Assembly: GCA_026414975.1 (NCBI GenBank)
Contig: JAOAHZ010000001.1
Coordinates: 247,547-311,546, forward strand
DNA from: Bacteroidia bacterium
Lineage (GTDB): Bacteria > Bacteroidota > Bacteroidia > SpSt-205
Reading direction: 5' to 3'
Length of the DNA stretch: 64,000 bases
Every line of letters starts with the position of its first letter. The first letter of the stretch is position 1. Under the pieces are notes generated by a model. That model made no database searches. It saw nothing but the letters and a program-made list of their open reading frames with translations, and had not been told where the DNA came from. A program made the translations under genes and the position numbers. Below are positions 10,653 through 20,685 of the stretch, one piece after another.

Positions 10653-10672
10653 GCAGATGGGGTAAGAATGTC

Positions 10673-13150
10673 CTAAGGCGTGGAAGGCAAGGCCGAAAGC
10701 GTGCATCGCTTCCGCTCAGAGTCCGTCCAGAATAAATAAGAAGTCCCTTTCCACGAGAAAAGCCAAGCCTCTGCGCAGGTAGGGTCAGGGAGTTTCGCAG
10801 GTTTCATATTATCCAAGCGTGTGCCCTCATAAAGGAGGTATCCAGTAGGTATGCGCAGAAGGAGCCGATACACATGGCCGTCATGCAAGAGATGATAGGT
10901 GGTTCGCTCGGGTACGGGGCTCAGAAATAAGCCTTTTTGAACTAAGGAACCCTCCCGAGAAAAAACGCCATAGACAAGGTCCCATCTACCTGAGATATGA
11001 CCTAAGCACAAGACCAAGATTTCACCTGAAGGCAGACGGTAAAGTCTGGGATACAAGTGATGGTTATACCCCAAGGGTGAGGTGTGCTGCCAACGCCGCT
11101 CTCCTGTTGAGGAGACGGCTATAACCCGGAGGGCCTGCTGATAAGGATCCGGCGCCTCTTCACAAAAAGCGAGATATAAACCGCCCTGTTCATCGGTGAT
11201 AGCGTGAAGGAATCGCTGAGGTTTAGAGGTGGGAGAGAGGAAGGTGGGATTATTGGTACCGATCGGCCCAAAGCTATAAGCGATTTGATACCTGCCGTTT
11301 AGCTCTTCTTGCCAAACGTGGTGCACTTGAGTAACATCGCCCGCAAAAGCCAAGAAGGGGCTATTCTGGAAGGTGCGAGTAACGCGCCAACCTATCTCAG
11401 GACTTAGAGGGGCTATGCTGCGCAGGTAAAGGTCAAATCCAGTCTCCTCCATGCTGCGGTTATCCGTCCAATAGACATACAGACGGTTTGAATGAGCCAG
11501 CCACTGGGCTTCGGTTTGGACTCGGTCGGCGTTGCATACAGGCAAGGGTTTAGAGAAGAGCTTTTTCCCTTGGGGCGTCAGCGCTTGCACAAACAAGTCA
11601 GATTCTACATCTGTTTCCTCAGCCTCCCACAACAACCATAAAGTATCGCCCTGGAGGTGAAGCTGAACGCTTTTCTGGGTGAGGGGCAGCTGCGGACCTA
11701 TGGCTACACCTAAATCTGGCCAAAGCGGTTGGCCTTCTGCTGATAGAAGCTGAGCGTAAAGTTGGGGGCGGTCTGCGCTGTCCCGATCATCGCGCCACAG
11801 TAGTATAAGACGCCCATTCCATGTGGCTGCGCTAAGGGCTGAAACCTGAGCGTAAGGGCGTTTAGTATTCCCAGCCAAGCGGCGGTGTAAGCGAATTTCC
11901 CCTTGGGTAGTCAAGAGGGCTATATGCGGCTGTGTGCCTATTTCACCCTCATCATCTAAATAGGCCACCCAAAACAACTGAAAGTCTTGGGCAGCAATCC
12001 TCAGGGAATGCTGCTGAGAGGGCCTTGTTACTAGCGGGCGTCCTGCAAACTCCCAGAGGGGCTTTCCCTCGGCTGAATAACGCTGGAAGTAAATGTCGCC
12101 TTGCAGACGACGATAGTCTATCCATAAGGCGATAAGTTCGTTCTGAAAATAATCTAAGACAAGTTGGGTGCTGCGTTGAGGGCCCGGTAGCCGCACTAAT
12201 GGGACACCTTCAGGGGAGAGAAGGGGCTTGCCAGTAGAGATGTCTATCTGCTGGTAGTACAGGTCCCAATCTTGATGCCGACTGTCCTCCCATACAACGA
12301 GCAGTTCTGTGCCTCGCTTGTAAATCCGAGCCGACTGCTGATCCCCCGGCTCTCGGCAGATGGGTACCTCATATAGGCGGGACCCCATGCGATTGTAGCG
12401 CACCAAATACAGGTCCTTACCAAAACCCGATAAAGAAATGCCTTCATACACGCAAAGCATGCCTCCAAATCCATCACTAATAATATCTAAACCCTCTGTG
12501 CTATGAGGAAGCTGAGAGAGGGGGCGAGCAGGTGTATCAGACTTGCCTTGCCAAAGCCATTTCTGGAAGAATACCTCCCAGCGGTGGCCTGTGTAGGTCT
12601 CCCACAATACAAGAAATCCTTCTATACTGCCTCCAATCAAGCGGATGTGACGACAAGGCGATTCAGAAGAAAGCACATTTTCAGACAACAGTTGCCCTCT
12701 GATATCCCAGAAGTATAACCTAAGTACATTCTCTCTGCGCAAGAGGGCTACTAATCCACCAGCCGGCTGAGCCAAGAGAGCAAGCTCCTGAGCAGGGAAA
12801 GGTACCTCTGCGTTCCACCAGATGACCCCGTCTTCATTTAGGCCCCGCAGGTAAGTTTTATTAGAAGTGCTCCAAGCTATGTAGAGCCAGTTTTTCTCTC
12901 CAAGGCTGGCTTGCCAGGTCGTTACAGGGTCTTTAACTCCGCATGAGAGACACATACCGTTTTTGCCGAGCGGCTCGTATCCGCTGGTATCAATCAAATG
13001 CAGGTATAGATGGGTTGTTCCTTCTCGGTTAGATAGATACCCTACCCATGCTTGTTGAGCATACCCCGAGAATAGATGTAAGTCTCGAGCAACCTGCTTG
13101 TACGCCGTGGGAATCTGCCAAGACTGGCTCCAGAGAAGTAGAAGTAGCAT
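10673..13150 (-). CDS. Secreted protein of about 14 repeats (YWTD/PD40-like beta-propeller blades).
   Basis: Signal peptide MLLLLLWSQSW. A repeating unit of about 45-55 aa has the core hh(W/F)xDxR ... DhYxQ ... G. Examples: LYVYWTDNRS ... DLYLRSI, LVVWEDSRHQDWDLYYQQI, ILLWRDDRD ... QLYAQLL, IALWIDYRRLQGDIYFQRY, YLFWTDSER. Confidence 0.5.
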   Translation of the reverse strand: MLLLLLWSQSWQIPTAYKQVARDLHLFSGYAQQAWVGYLSNREGTTHLYLHLIDTSGYEPLGKNGMCLSCGVKDPVTTWQASLGEKNWLYIAWSTSNKTYLRGLNEDGVIWWNAEVPFPAQELALLAQPAGGLVALLRRENVLRLYFWDIRGQLLSENVLSSESPCRHIRLIGGSIEGFLVLWETYTGHRWEVFFQKWLWQGKSDTPARPLSQLPHSTEGLDIISDGFGGMLCVYEGISLSGFGKDLYLVRYNRMGSRLYEVPICREPGDQQSARIYKRGTELLVVWEDSRHQDWDLYYQQIDISTGKPLLSPEGVPLVRLPGPQRSTQLVLDYFQNELIALWIDYRRLQGDIYFQRYSAEGKPLWEFAGRPLVTRPSQQHSLRIAAQDFQLFWVAYLDDEGEIGTQPHIALLTTQGEIRLHRRLAGNTKRPYAQVSALSAATWNGRLILLWRDDRDSADRPQLYAQLLSAEGQPLWPDLGVAIGPQLPLTQKSVQLHLQGDTLWLLWEAEETDVESDLFVQALTPQGKKLFSKPLPVCNADRVQTEAQWLAHSNRLYVYWTDNRSMEETGFDLYLRSIAPLSPEIGWRVTRTFQNSPFLAFAGDVTQVHHVWQEELNGRYQIAYSFGPIGTNNPTFLSPTSKPQRFLHAITDEQGGLYLAFCEEAPDPYQQALRVIAVSSTGERRWQHTSPLGYNHHLYPRLYRLPSGEILVLCLGHISGRWDLVYGVFSREGSLVQKGLFLSPVPERTTYHLLHDGHVYRLLLRIPTGYLLYEGTRLDNMKPAKLPDPTCAEAWLFSWKGTSYLFWTDSERKRCTLSALPSTP

Positions 13151-13198
13151 CCCACGAATGTAATCCTAACATATCGCTCCGATGTATATTTGGGGGTG

Positions 13199-13831
13199 AT
13201 GAAGGGATACCGGCTCGGGCTTCTAGCAGTCCCATTGCTGATAGGAGGGTGCTGCTCCGACTCTCTGGCTTATGACTCGGAGGCTAAACGCTTTGATTTG
13301 AGTGCCCCCTTGGCTATTGGTGGCAATACGCTGAATGGAGGCCTATGGATACGCCAAGTCCCCTCCGCCGAATGGGGCTATTCTGCCCAGATTCAAGTAG
13401 AAGGCCCGTATGTAAGCACTACTAAGGCCTTAGGTATCGTTACGATAAATGACAAAGGAGAATACGAAGACCGATTTGTGATATGGGGGGATGGGAAAGG
13501 TGTGGCATTCGCGCCGTTTGAGTTTCGTGCTCCCATAACGGTGAAAGAGATTCTCGCCAAAGATTCAGAGCACCGCTGGCCCGATTATGTCTTGGCTCCG
13601 GGGTATCGCTTGCGATCCTTATACGAGTTGGAGGCCTATATTCGTCAGCACAGCCGATTACCCGGCCTGATTTCCGCGGAAGAAGCGGCTCAAAAAGGTG
13701 TCCCCATGTTAGAAATCCAACGCATCTTGGTGGAGAAAGTAGAGGAGCTGACTCTCTACACCATAGCTCTTCAACGCCAGATAGACTCTCTCAAACAGGT
13801 AGTCTTAGCCACTCGCCAATCGTGTAAATAA
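13199..13831 (+). CDS. Small lipoprotein ending in a tail-fibre / endosialidase-chaperone (peptidase S74-like) domain with a coiled coil.
   Basis: Lipobox MKGYRLGLLAVPLLIGGCC. C-terminal segment DYVLAPGYRLRSLYELEAYIRQHSRLPGLISAEEAAQKG ... KVEELTLYTIALQRQIDSLKQ matches the intramolecular-chaperone domain of Bacteroidota tail-fibre-domain proteins. A TATATTTG box lies 6 nt upstream. Confidence 0.5.
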   Translation: MKGYRLGLLAVPLLIGGCCSDSLAYDSEAKRFDLSAPLAIGGNTLNGGLWIRQVPSAEWGYSAQIQVEGPYVSTTKALGIVTINDKGEYEDRFVIWGDGKGVAFAPFEFRAPITVKEILAKDSEHRWPDYVLAPGYRLRSLYELEAYIRQHSRLPGLISAEEAAQKGVPMLEIQRILVEKVEELTLYTIALQRQIDSLKQVVLATRQSCK

Positions 13832-13870
13832 TGGAACTTCGTTACCTTTGCTTCGGTTTTTCAGATACAA

Positions 13871-15052
13871 ATGAAATCCGCCATGCGTAGTCTATGGCTC
13901 CTGATAGGGTTTGTGTGGGCCCAGGATGGCAAGGCTCTTTTCCAGGCTAACTGCGCATCCTGCCACGCCATAAATCGCCGAGTTGTAGGTCCTGCTCTAA
14001 AAGGTGTCCATGAGCGATGGGGAGGGGATGAAGCGGAGCTCACCAAGTTTATCCACAACTCTCAGGCTTACATAAATGGCAACTTCAAAAACTCGGCCTA
14101 CGCCAAAAAGCTCTATGAAGAGTACAATAAGGCCGTGATGACGGCCTTTACTGCTTTGTCGGATGCGGAGATAAAGTCCATTTTGGATTATATCAAGGCC
14201 GAAACGGAGGCTCTCTCTAAAGCTAGCGACTCAGCTCCCGCAGCTGTGGCCGAAGGGGGTTCTAATGCTGCGGGAGGAGGTGGAGAGGTTAGCCCCATCC
14301 TCTGGGTGCTTGTTCTGGCCTTAGGAGCCATAGCTATCGCCCTGCTGGTGGCCACGCTAGCCCTATCTCGTCTCTTGCGACCTGAACCTGAGCCATCAGC
14401 CGTTTCTCAGCCTGCAGCCATAGAAAGGATTCGTAAGCTCTTGGTGTCTCGACGCTTCATTGCCCTGGCCGCCCTGCTTGCCGTCATTTGGCTCACTAAC
14501 GCCACCATTAAGAAGGCCCGCTCTGTCGGGCTTCATAAGGGTTATCAACCCGTTCAGCCTATCGCTTTTTCTCACAAAACCCACTCTGGTGAATACAAGA
14601 TAGCCTGCCAATACTGCCATATTGGCGTGGAGAAAGGCAAGTCGGCTACGATACCCTCTACCAACATCTGCATGAACTGCCACACTTATATTCAAGAGGG
14701 CTCCCGCTATGGCACGAAGGAAATCGGCAAAATCTTGGCATCTTGGGAACAAGGCAAGCCGATAGAGTGGGTCCGCATTCATAATCTGCCCGATTATGTC
14801 TACTTCAATCACGCTCAGCATGTCAAGGTAGGAGGTATCGCCTGCCAAACCTGCCATGGGCCAGTAGAGGAAATGGAAGAAGTTTATCAGTATAGCGACC
14901 TTAGCATGGGATGGTGTATAAACTGCCACAGACAGACTAAAGTGGACCTCGCAGCGAATCCGTATTATGCTCGCCTCCACGAGCAACTCAAAGAGAAGGA
15001 AGTTACAGTGGAAAGGATAGGGGGGTTGGAATGTTCCAAATGCCACTATTGA
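13871..15052 (+). CDS. actA: Alternative complex III subunit ActA, a multihaem cytochrome c. It has 6 CxxCH motifs: an N-terminal class-I monohaem domain fused to the usual pentahaem module.
   Basis: Signal peptide ending FVWAQ. Haem-binding motifs CASCH, CQYCH, CMNCH, CQTCH, CINCH and CSKCH. An internal hydrophobic helix ILWVLVLALGAIAIALLVATLAL lies between haem 1 and the pentahaem part. It is the first gene of the act cluster. Confidence 0.8.
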   Translation: MKSAMRSLWLLIGFVWAQDGKALFQANCASCHAINRRVVGPALKGVHERWGGDEAELTKFIHNSQAYINGNFKNSAYAKKLYEEYNKAVMTAFTALSDAEIKSILDYIKAETEALSKASDSAPAAVAEGGSNAAGGGGEVSPILWVLVLALGAIAIALLVATLALSRLLRPEPEPSAVSQPAAIERIRKLLVSRRFIALAALLAVIWLTNATIKKARSVGLHKGYQPVQPIAFSHKTHSGEYKIACQYCHIGVEKGKSATIPSTNICMNCHTYIQEGSRYGTKEIGKILASWEQGKPIEWVRIHNLPDYVYFNHAQHVKVGGIACQTCHGPVEEMEEVYQYSDLSMGWCINCHRQTKVDLAANPYYARLHEQLKEKEVTVERIGGLECSKCHY

Positions 15053-15056
15053 GCCT

Positions 15057-18000
15057 ATGCAAGAGCTGGATAAAGATATCCCCGTAGAAATCCTCTGGGG
15101 TGAGGACTCCAATACGACTCGTCGCGACTTTCTCAAATGGTGCGGCATCACTGTCAGTGCAGCTGTTCTGGCGGCTTGCGAGAAAACGCCTGTAAAATAT
15201 GCCCTTCCCTATGTCAAAAAGCCCGCTGAGCATTTGCCGAGCCTCCCGGACTATTATGCAACGACATACTTTGATGGGCAGATATTTCAATCTGTTTTAG
15301 CCAAGGTACGGGAAGGTCGTCCCATCAAGATAGAAGGCAATCCTTCTTATCCGCTCGCGGGTGGAGGCACCCACCCCAGGGGTCAAGCCTCAGTACTTTC
15401 CTTGTATGACCACACACGCCTTCAGAAGCCCAAAATAGACGGTAAAGAAACGGACTGGGCGGCTTTTGGTGCGGCTTTCATGGAGAAGCTCAAAGCTCAA
15501 GATGCTTTGGGTCGCTTCATCTATCTCATTACGCCTCCTCTCATCAGTCCATCTCTTCAAGCACTCATTCAGGAGTGGCTCGCTGTGTTTAAGAACGCTC
15601 GTCATGTCATTTACGCTCCCGAATCATACGATGCCCTCCTGACCGCTCATGAAGTAATATTTGGGCGGCGCGTGGCGCCCACTTATCGCTTTGATAAAGC
15701 CGAAGTGATCGTGGGATTCAATGCAGACTTTTTGGGCACCTGGTTGGACCCGACCACTTTTGCCTATCAATGGGCCCAGAACCGCCAGCTTTATGGGGAC
15801 CGCACTGATCTGAGCTATCACATGCAGTTTGAGTCGGTGCCCACGATCACGGGCCTGAGTGCAGATCGTCGTGTATCGCTCTCGCCAATAGAGATACAGC
15901 GTGCGATTACCAGCCTTTATAATCGGGTGGCCGAGTTAGCGGGTCAGCCCCCTGCCACGAACGATCGGTGGGATACCCCAAAGGGCGATATCCAACATGC
16001 AGCAGAGCGATTATGGAAGGCTCGCGGTAGGGCCCTCGTAGTTGCTCGCTCTCACAGCCCCGCCCTTCAGGCTTTCGTCGCTGGTATAAACCTTCTACTA
16101 GACAGCTATGGAAATACAGCCTACGTGCAACCAGCTTGCCTTCTGAGGAGCGAGAGGGATAGGGACTTCGAGACTTTTCTCAGCGAAGCCCAAAAAGGTC
16201 AAGTTGGAGCTGTTCTGTTTTATCGGATAAATCCCGTCTATGATTATCCCGAGTCCGATGCAGTGGAAGCTGCACTCAAAACCATTCCTCTCACGGTCGC
16301 TATCCATATCCATGAGCACGAGACAGCCCGAAAATGCCAATATGTATTGGCTGAGGATCATTACTTAGAAAGCTGGGGTGATGCTCAGCCTTACGAGGGT
16401 CTTTATACCCTTCAGCAACCTACCATATCCAAGATTTTTTCAACGAAGTCGTTCCCAGAGATGCTTCTTAGTTGGCTGGGGCGAGGAGAATCCCATATGG
16501 ACTACCTCAAGTCCTACTGGGAGAAAAATGTATTTCCTGCGTACAAGGAGTTTGCTAAGTTGGGTAATGCTGGGAAGCTACAGCCGTTCTGGCCTTCTAC
16601 TGAGCCCTTCCTCCCTACTGAAACTGCAGAGCTCTTTTGGTTGAAGGCCTTAGAGCGGGGTGTAGTAAATATGACTGTGGAAGTCCCTGAGCCTCAGCCC
16701 AAAGCCAAAATCAACTGGAATCCTTCTCAGTGGGTGGCACAGCTTCCCGAAATGCATGAGGACATGTCCTTATCGGTCTATGTGTATGAGAAAGTGGGTA
16801 TTGGTGATGGAATGAATGCGGGCAACCCGTGGCTCCAAGAGCTCCCGGACCCCGTTTCTCGCGTCGCATGGGATAACTATGCCGTGGTGTCTCCCGTCTA
16901 TGCTCGCCAGGTTGGACTGAAGTCCAACGATGTCATTCGCTTGAAAGTAGGAGGAGTAAGCGTTGAGCTCCCTGTTTATGTTCTGCCTGGAGCCGACCCC
17001 AAGACTATAGCTGTCGCTATGGGATATGGGCGCACAGCAGGGGGGCGAGCTGCCGTAGGGGTTGGCAAAAATGCGTTTGTCTTTTTCACCAAGGCGCCTT
17101 CTGGTCATCGCAGTTGCGTCGCTTTGGGCGCTTCCGTCGAAAAGTTGCCTCAAACTTATGAGCTGGCTCGCATTCAGCAGTGGGAAACCTACGTGGGGCG
17201 TGAATACATCCGAGAAGCCTCCTTATCAGCCTATAAGGCTGACCGCCATGCGGGCAATCACGAAGAACCCAAGCTGATTAATCTCTGGTGGAAAGAGCAT
17301 AAGCAGCCTGGCCACCGGTGGGGAATGACTATAGACCTGAATCTATGTATAGGATGCGGGGCTTGTGTCGTGGCGTGTGTGGCAGAGAATAATATCGCTG
17401 TTGTGGGCCGGGACGAAATGCGTCGCGGCCGGGACATGCACTGGATACGGATAGACCGATACTTTACTTCCATAGCTGGACACACAGGTAAACCGGAGGA
17501 GTTTCCCCCTGCTCCTCCAGAGGACTTTCCACGAGCTTTCTTCCAGCCAATGTTATGCCAGCACTGTGACCATGCTCCTTGCGAGACGGTCTGCCCGGTC
17601 TTAGCTATCGCCCATAGCTCCGAAGGTATCAATCAGCAAGTGTACAACCGGTGCGTCGGTACTCGTTACTGTGCGAATAACTGCCCCTATAAAGTACGCC
17701 GATTCAACTGGTTTGATTATACGAATGCGGAACGGTGGGTCTTCAATCCCGTTGATGAACTGGGCCGTATGGTACTCAATCCCGATGTAACGGTGCGGGC
17801 CCGAGGAGTGATGGAAAAATGCAGCTTCTGCACGCAGCGCATCCAAGCAGCTAAGTTAGAGGCTAAGAAGCAAGGACGCCCTCTCCGAGATGGAGATGTA
17901 AAGACCGCTTGCCAACAGGCTTGTCCCACCGGTGGCATCGTCTTTGGTGATCTTAATGACCCAGATAGCCTCGTCTCTAAGCGGTCCGAAGAGCCAAGGG

Positions 18001-18095
18001 GTTATTATGCCCTCTCAGAACTCAATGTTCGTCCTTCCATCCGGTATATGGTCAAGATCCGAAACGAAGAACTCCCTCAAACCCAACATGTATAG
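15057..18095 (+). CDS. actB: ACIII subunit ActB. A molybdopterin-oxidoreductase-like domain (cofactor-less type) is fused to a 4Fe-4S ferredoxin domain. Tat-exported.
   Basis: Twin-arginine motif TRRDFLKWCGITVSAAVLAAC. FeS-cluster motif CIGCGACVVACVAENN plus further Cys clusters (CQHCDHAPCETVCP, CVGTRYCANNCP). At 1012 aa its size is typical of a fused ActB1/B2. Confidence 0.85.
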   Translation: MQELDKDIPVEILWGEDSNTTRRDFLKWCGITVSAAVLAACEKTPVKYALPYVKKPAEHLPSLPDYYATTYFDGQIFQSVLAKVREGRPIKIEGNPSYPLAGGGTHPRGQASVLSLYDHTRLQKPKIDGKETDWAAFGAAFMEKLKAQDALGRFIYLITPPLISPSLQALIQEWLAVFKNARHVIYAPESYDALLTAHEVIFGRRVAPTYRFDKAEVIVGFNADFLGTWLDPTTFAYQWAQNRQLYGDRTDLSYHMQFESVPTITGLSADRRVSLSPIEIQRAITSLYNRVAELAGQPPATNDRWDTPKGDIQHAAERLWKARGRALVVARSHSPALQAFVAGINLLLDSYGNTAYVQPACLLRSERDRDFETFLSEAQKGQVGAVLFYRINPVYDYPESDAVEAALKTIPLTVAIHIHEHETARKCQYVLAEDHYLESWGDAQPYEGLYTLQQPTISKIFSTKSFPEMLLSWLGRGESHMDYLKSYWEKNVFPAYKEFAKLGNAGKLQPFWPSTEPFLPTETAELFWLKALERGVVNMTVEVPEPQPKAKINWNPSQWVAQLPEMHEDMSLSVYVYEKVGIGDGMNAGNPWLQELPDPVSRVAWDNYAVVSPVYARQVGLKSNDVIRLKVGGVSVELPVYVLPGADPKTIAVAMGYGRTAGGRAAVGVGKNAFVFFTKAPSGHRSCVALGASVEKLPQTYELARIQQWETYVGREYIREASLSAYKADRHAGNHEEPKLINLWWKEHKQPGHRWGMTIDLNLCIGCGACVVACVAENNIAVVGRDEMRRGRDMHWIRIDRYFTSIAGHTGKPEEFPPAPPEDFPRAFFQPMLCQHCDHAPCETVCPVLAIAHSSEGINQQVYNRCVGTRYCANNCPYKVRRFNWFDYTNAERWVFNPVDELGRMVLNPDVTVRARGVMEKCSFCTQRIQAAKLEAKKQGRPLRDGDVKTACQQACPTGGIVFGDLNDPDSLVSKRSEEPRGYYALSELNVRPSIRYMVKIRNEELPQTQHV

Positions 18096-18097
18096 CT

Positions 18098-19552
18098 ATG
18101 TTTGAAAGTCCGATTCGTGAGCCTCTCATCTTAGGGCATAAAACCTACCGCCAGATCACGACTGATCTGGCGTCGCCCATCTTAGGGCCTGCGAGCTGGA
18201 AGTGGTATTTGACTACTGCCTTTACAGCGGCGGTGATGCTCGCTGGCTTTGGAGCCATTGCCTATACCTTATGGGTAGGGATTGGTACGTGGGGACTCAA
18301 TAAAACCGTGGGTTGGGCATTTGATATCACCAACTTCGTCTTCTGGATAGGTATAGGGCATGCAGGCACCCTTATATCGGCGATTCTTCTGCTTTTCCGC
18401 CAACGCTGGCGCATGGCTATAAACCGAGCCGCCGAAGCCATGACTATATTCGCTGTGATTTGTGCTGGTCTTTTCCCCATCATTCATATGGGGCGTCCAT
18501 GGTTGGCGTTCTGGTTCCTCCCCTTGCCAAATACCCACGGTTCTCTATGGGTGAACTTCAACTCCCCCTTGCTTTGGGACGTCTTTGCGATAAGTACCTA
18601 CTTCACTATCTCTCTGCTATTCTGGTACACGGGCCTTATCCCTGATTTAGCGATGGTGCGAGACCGAGCCAAGCCGGGTAGCTTTGCTTACTACGCTTAC
18701 AGCATCCTATCTTTCGGATGGACGGGTAGTGCTAAGCAGTGGCAGCGGTTTGAAGCGGTATCGCTCGTGTTAGCCGGGCTCTCCACCCCGCTCGTTCTCT
18801 CGGTACATTCCATCGTGAGCTTTGACTTCGCTACTTCCATCCTACCGGGGTGGCATACTACTATATTTCCCCCCTATTTCGTCGCAGGGGCGATTTTCTC
18901 GGGATTTGGGATGGTACTTACGCTGATGATCATTACTCGAGAGGTTTTAGACCTCAAGGATTACATCACTTTGGAACATATAGATGCAATGGCCAAAGTT
19001 ACCTTGGCTACTGGGATGATGGTAGGGTTTGCTTACGCCACGGAGTTTTTTATTGCTTGGTATTCGGGTTCTTACTGGGAGCGGTATATCTTCCTCAATC
19101 GGGCTTTTGGTCCTTATTGGTGGTCTTACTGGGCGATGGTAAGCTGCAATCTCTTGATCCCTCAGGTCTTCTGGTTTAAGAAGCTTCGCCGCAGTCCCTG
19201 GTTTGTGTTCGTCATCTCCATCTTCGTAAATATTGGCATGTGGTTTGAGCGCTTCGTTATCATTGTAACATCCCTCCACAGAGATTTTCTCTCCTCCTCA
19301 TGGCGTATGTATACGCCTACTTGGGTAGAGGTTACGATTTTTGTAGGAACCATTGGTCTTTTCCTTACGCTTTATCTGCTTTTCGCTCGGTTTCTACCTG
19401 TTATAGCTGCAGCCGAAACAAAAAGTATCCTAAAAACCTCTGGCGATCAATATGCGGGGCTTTCTTGGGAGGCTTATCAAACTAAGAAGCGCCAAGGAGC
19501 TGCTGCGCCTGCCTTTCAACCTGCCATGGACCCTGATACCCCTCAATCATAA
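18098..19552 (+). CDS. actC: ACIII subunit ActC, an NrfD/PsrC-family integral membrane quinol-interacting subunit.
   Basis: A polytopic membrane protein of about 10 TM helices with the N-terminal cytoplasmic stretch and helix spacing typical of the NrfD family. Its position after actB fits. Confidence 0.8.
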   Translation: MFESPIREPLILGHKTYRQITTDLASPILGPASWKWYLTTAFTAAVMLAGFGAIAYTLWVGIGTWGLNKTVGWAFDITNFVFWIGIGHAGTLISAILLLFRQRWRMAINRAAEAMTIFAVICAGLFPIIHMGRPWLAFWFLPLPNTHGSLWVNFNSPLLWDVFAISTYFTISLLFWYTGLIPDLAMVRDRAKPGSFAYYAYSILSFGWTGSAKQWQRFEAVSLVLAGLSTPLVLSVHSIVSFDFATSILPGWHTTIFPPYFVAGAIFSGFGMVLTLMIITREVLDLKDYITLEHIDAMAKVTLATGMMVGFAYATEFFIAWYSGSYWERYIFLNRAFGPYWWSYWAMVSCNLLIPQVFWFKKLRRSPWFVFVISIFVNIGMWFERFVIIVTSLHRDFLSSSWRMYTPTWVEVTIFVGTIGLFLTLYLLFARFLPVIAAAETKSILKTSGDQYAGLSWEAYQTKKRQGAAAPAFQPAMDPDTPQS

Positions 19553-19557
19553 GGACT

Positions 19558-20064
19558 ATGGCCAAATATCTGATAGGGTTGTACGACGACGAGGATAAGC
19601 TTCTTTCAGCTGTAGAGGCCTTCCAAAAAGAGGGTATTCCTATTCATGAGGTCTGCACCCCTTTTCCTGTTCATGGACTTGACCATGCCCTTCATCTGAA
19701 AAAATCACGCCTTCCAGATGCAGCTTTTGTTTATGGAGCGATGGGTACCCTTACGGCTCTTTCCATGCAGATATATATGTACACGATTGATTGGCCTATA
19801 AATATTGGTGGTAAGTCCCACCTGCCTTTTCCAAGTTTTATTCCCATAACATTTGAGCTGACGATCTTATTTGCTGGAGTACTGATGTTTTTATCCTATC
19901 TCTTTGTCAATCGCCTCTATCCTGGGCGTAGAGCGCGAGTGTATGACGTTCGTCAGACCGATGATGCCATGGTGATGGCTATCGCTGATGAAAAAGTCTG
20001 GGACCAAGCTCGCGACCTCTTTAGGAAAACTGGGGCTTTTGAAGCCAAAATCGTAGAGCTATGA
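19558..20064 (+). CDS. actD: ACIII subunit ActD, a DUF3341-type small membrane protein.
   Basis: 168 aa with a central TM pair (IPITFELTILFAGVLMFLSYLFV). It starts MAKYLIGLYDDEDKLLSAVEAFQKEGIPIHEV, which is typical of ActD. There is an ATGA overlap with actE. Confidence 0.75.
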   Translation: MAKYLIGLYDDEDKLLSAVEAFQKEGIPIHEVCTPFPVHGLDHALHLKKSRLPDAAFVYGAMGTLTALSMQIYMYTIDWPINIGGKSHLPFPSFIPITFELTILFAGVLMFLSYLFVNRLYPGRRARVYDVRQTDDAMVMAIADEKVWDQARDLFRKTGAFEAKIVEL

Positions 20065-20669
20065 GAGCACATGCCATAATAGGCCCTCTTTCTATTTTCC
20101 TGGTGGTTATAGTCATGAGTGGATGTGCAGCCACCGATCCTCGAGACACGGGGATAGAATACGCTCCCCAGATGTACCACTCTATTCCTTTGGATCCTTA
20201 CTCTCAGACTGACTATTTTGCGTACTCTTCAGATGGAAAGCATGTGAGAGAACCCGTCGCTGGGACCGTCCCTCGGGGTAAAGCGGATTACCTCTATCCC
20301 TTTCCTAATACAAACGAAGGCTATGAGGAAGCCGGCAAAAAGCTCAAAAACCCCCTGTCCAAAACTCCAGAGAATCTCGCCGAAGGCAAAAAGCTCTACG
20401 AATACTACTGCATTCACTGCCACGGAGAGAAGGGGAATGGACTGGGCTCCATCGTACAAGCTGGTAAATACCCACAGGTGCCTTCCTATTACGGTCCACA
20501 GCTTCGGGACCTCCCTGAAGGAAAAATGTTTCATAGTATCACTTACGGGAAGAACTTAATGGGCTCTCATGCCTCTCAGCTTACCCCCGAAGAGCGATGG
20601 AAAGTCATTCTGTATGTCCAAGAACTGCGTGCCAAAGGCCTTGCTGAAGAAGCTCAATCCAAAAACTAA
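20061..20669 (+). CDS. actE: ACIII subunit ActE, a monohaem cytochrome c lipoprotein.
   Basis: Lipobox LVVIVMSGCAAT. Single haem-binding motif CIHCHG, with a downstream Met ligand region KNLMGSHAS. Confidence 0.8.
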   Translation: MRAHAIIGPLSIFLVVIVMSGCAATDPRDTGIEYAPQMYHSIPLDPYSQTDYFAYSSDGKHVREPVAGTVPRGKADYLYPFPNTNEGYEEAGKKLKNPLSKTPENLAEGKKLYEYYCIHCHGEKGNGLGSIVQAGKYPQVPSYYGPQLRDLPEGKMFHSITYGKNLMGSHASQLTPEERWKVILYVQELRAKGLAEEAQSKN

Positions 20670-20685
20670 AACTCCATAACTACCT

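Noticed and set aside
14396-15151. A 251-aa ORF on the minus strand inside actA/actB; likewise 16770-17153, 17258-17632, 24799-25209, 46010-46507, 6952-7266 and others in the track.
   Set aside because: These are antisense shadow ORFs inside well-supported genes in GC-rich DNA. They show no motifs, and their stops and starts do not respect neighbouring genes.
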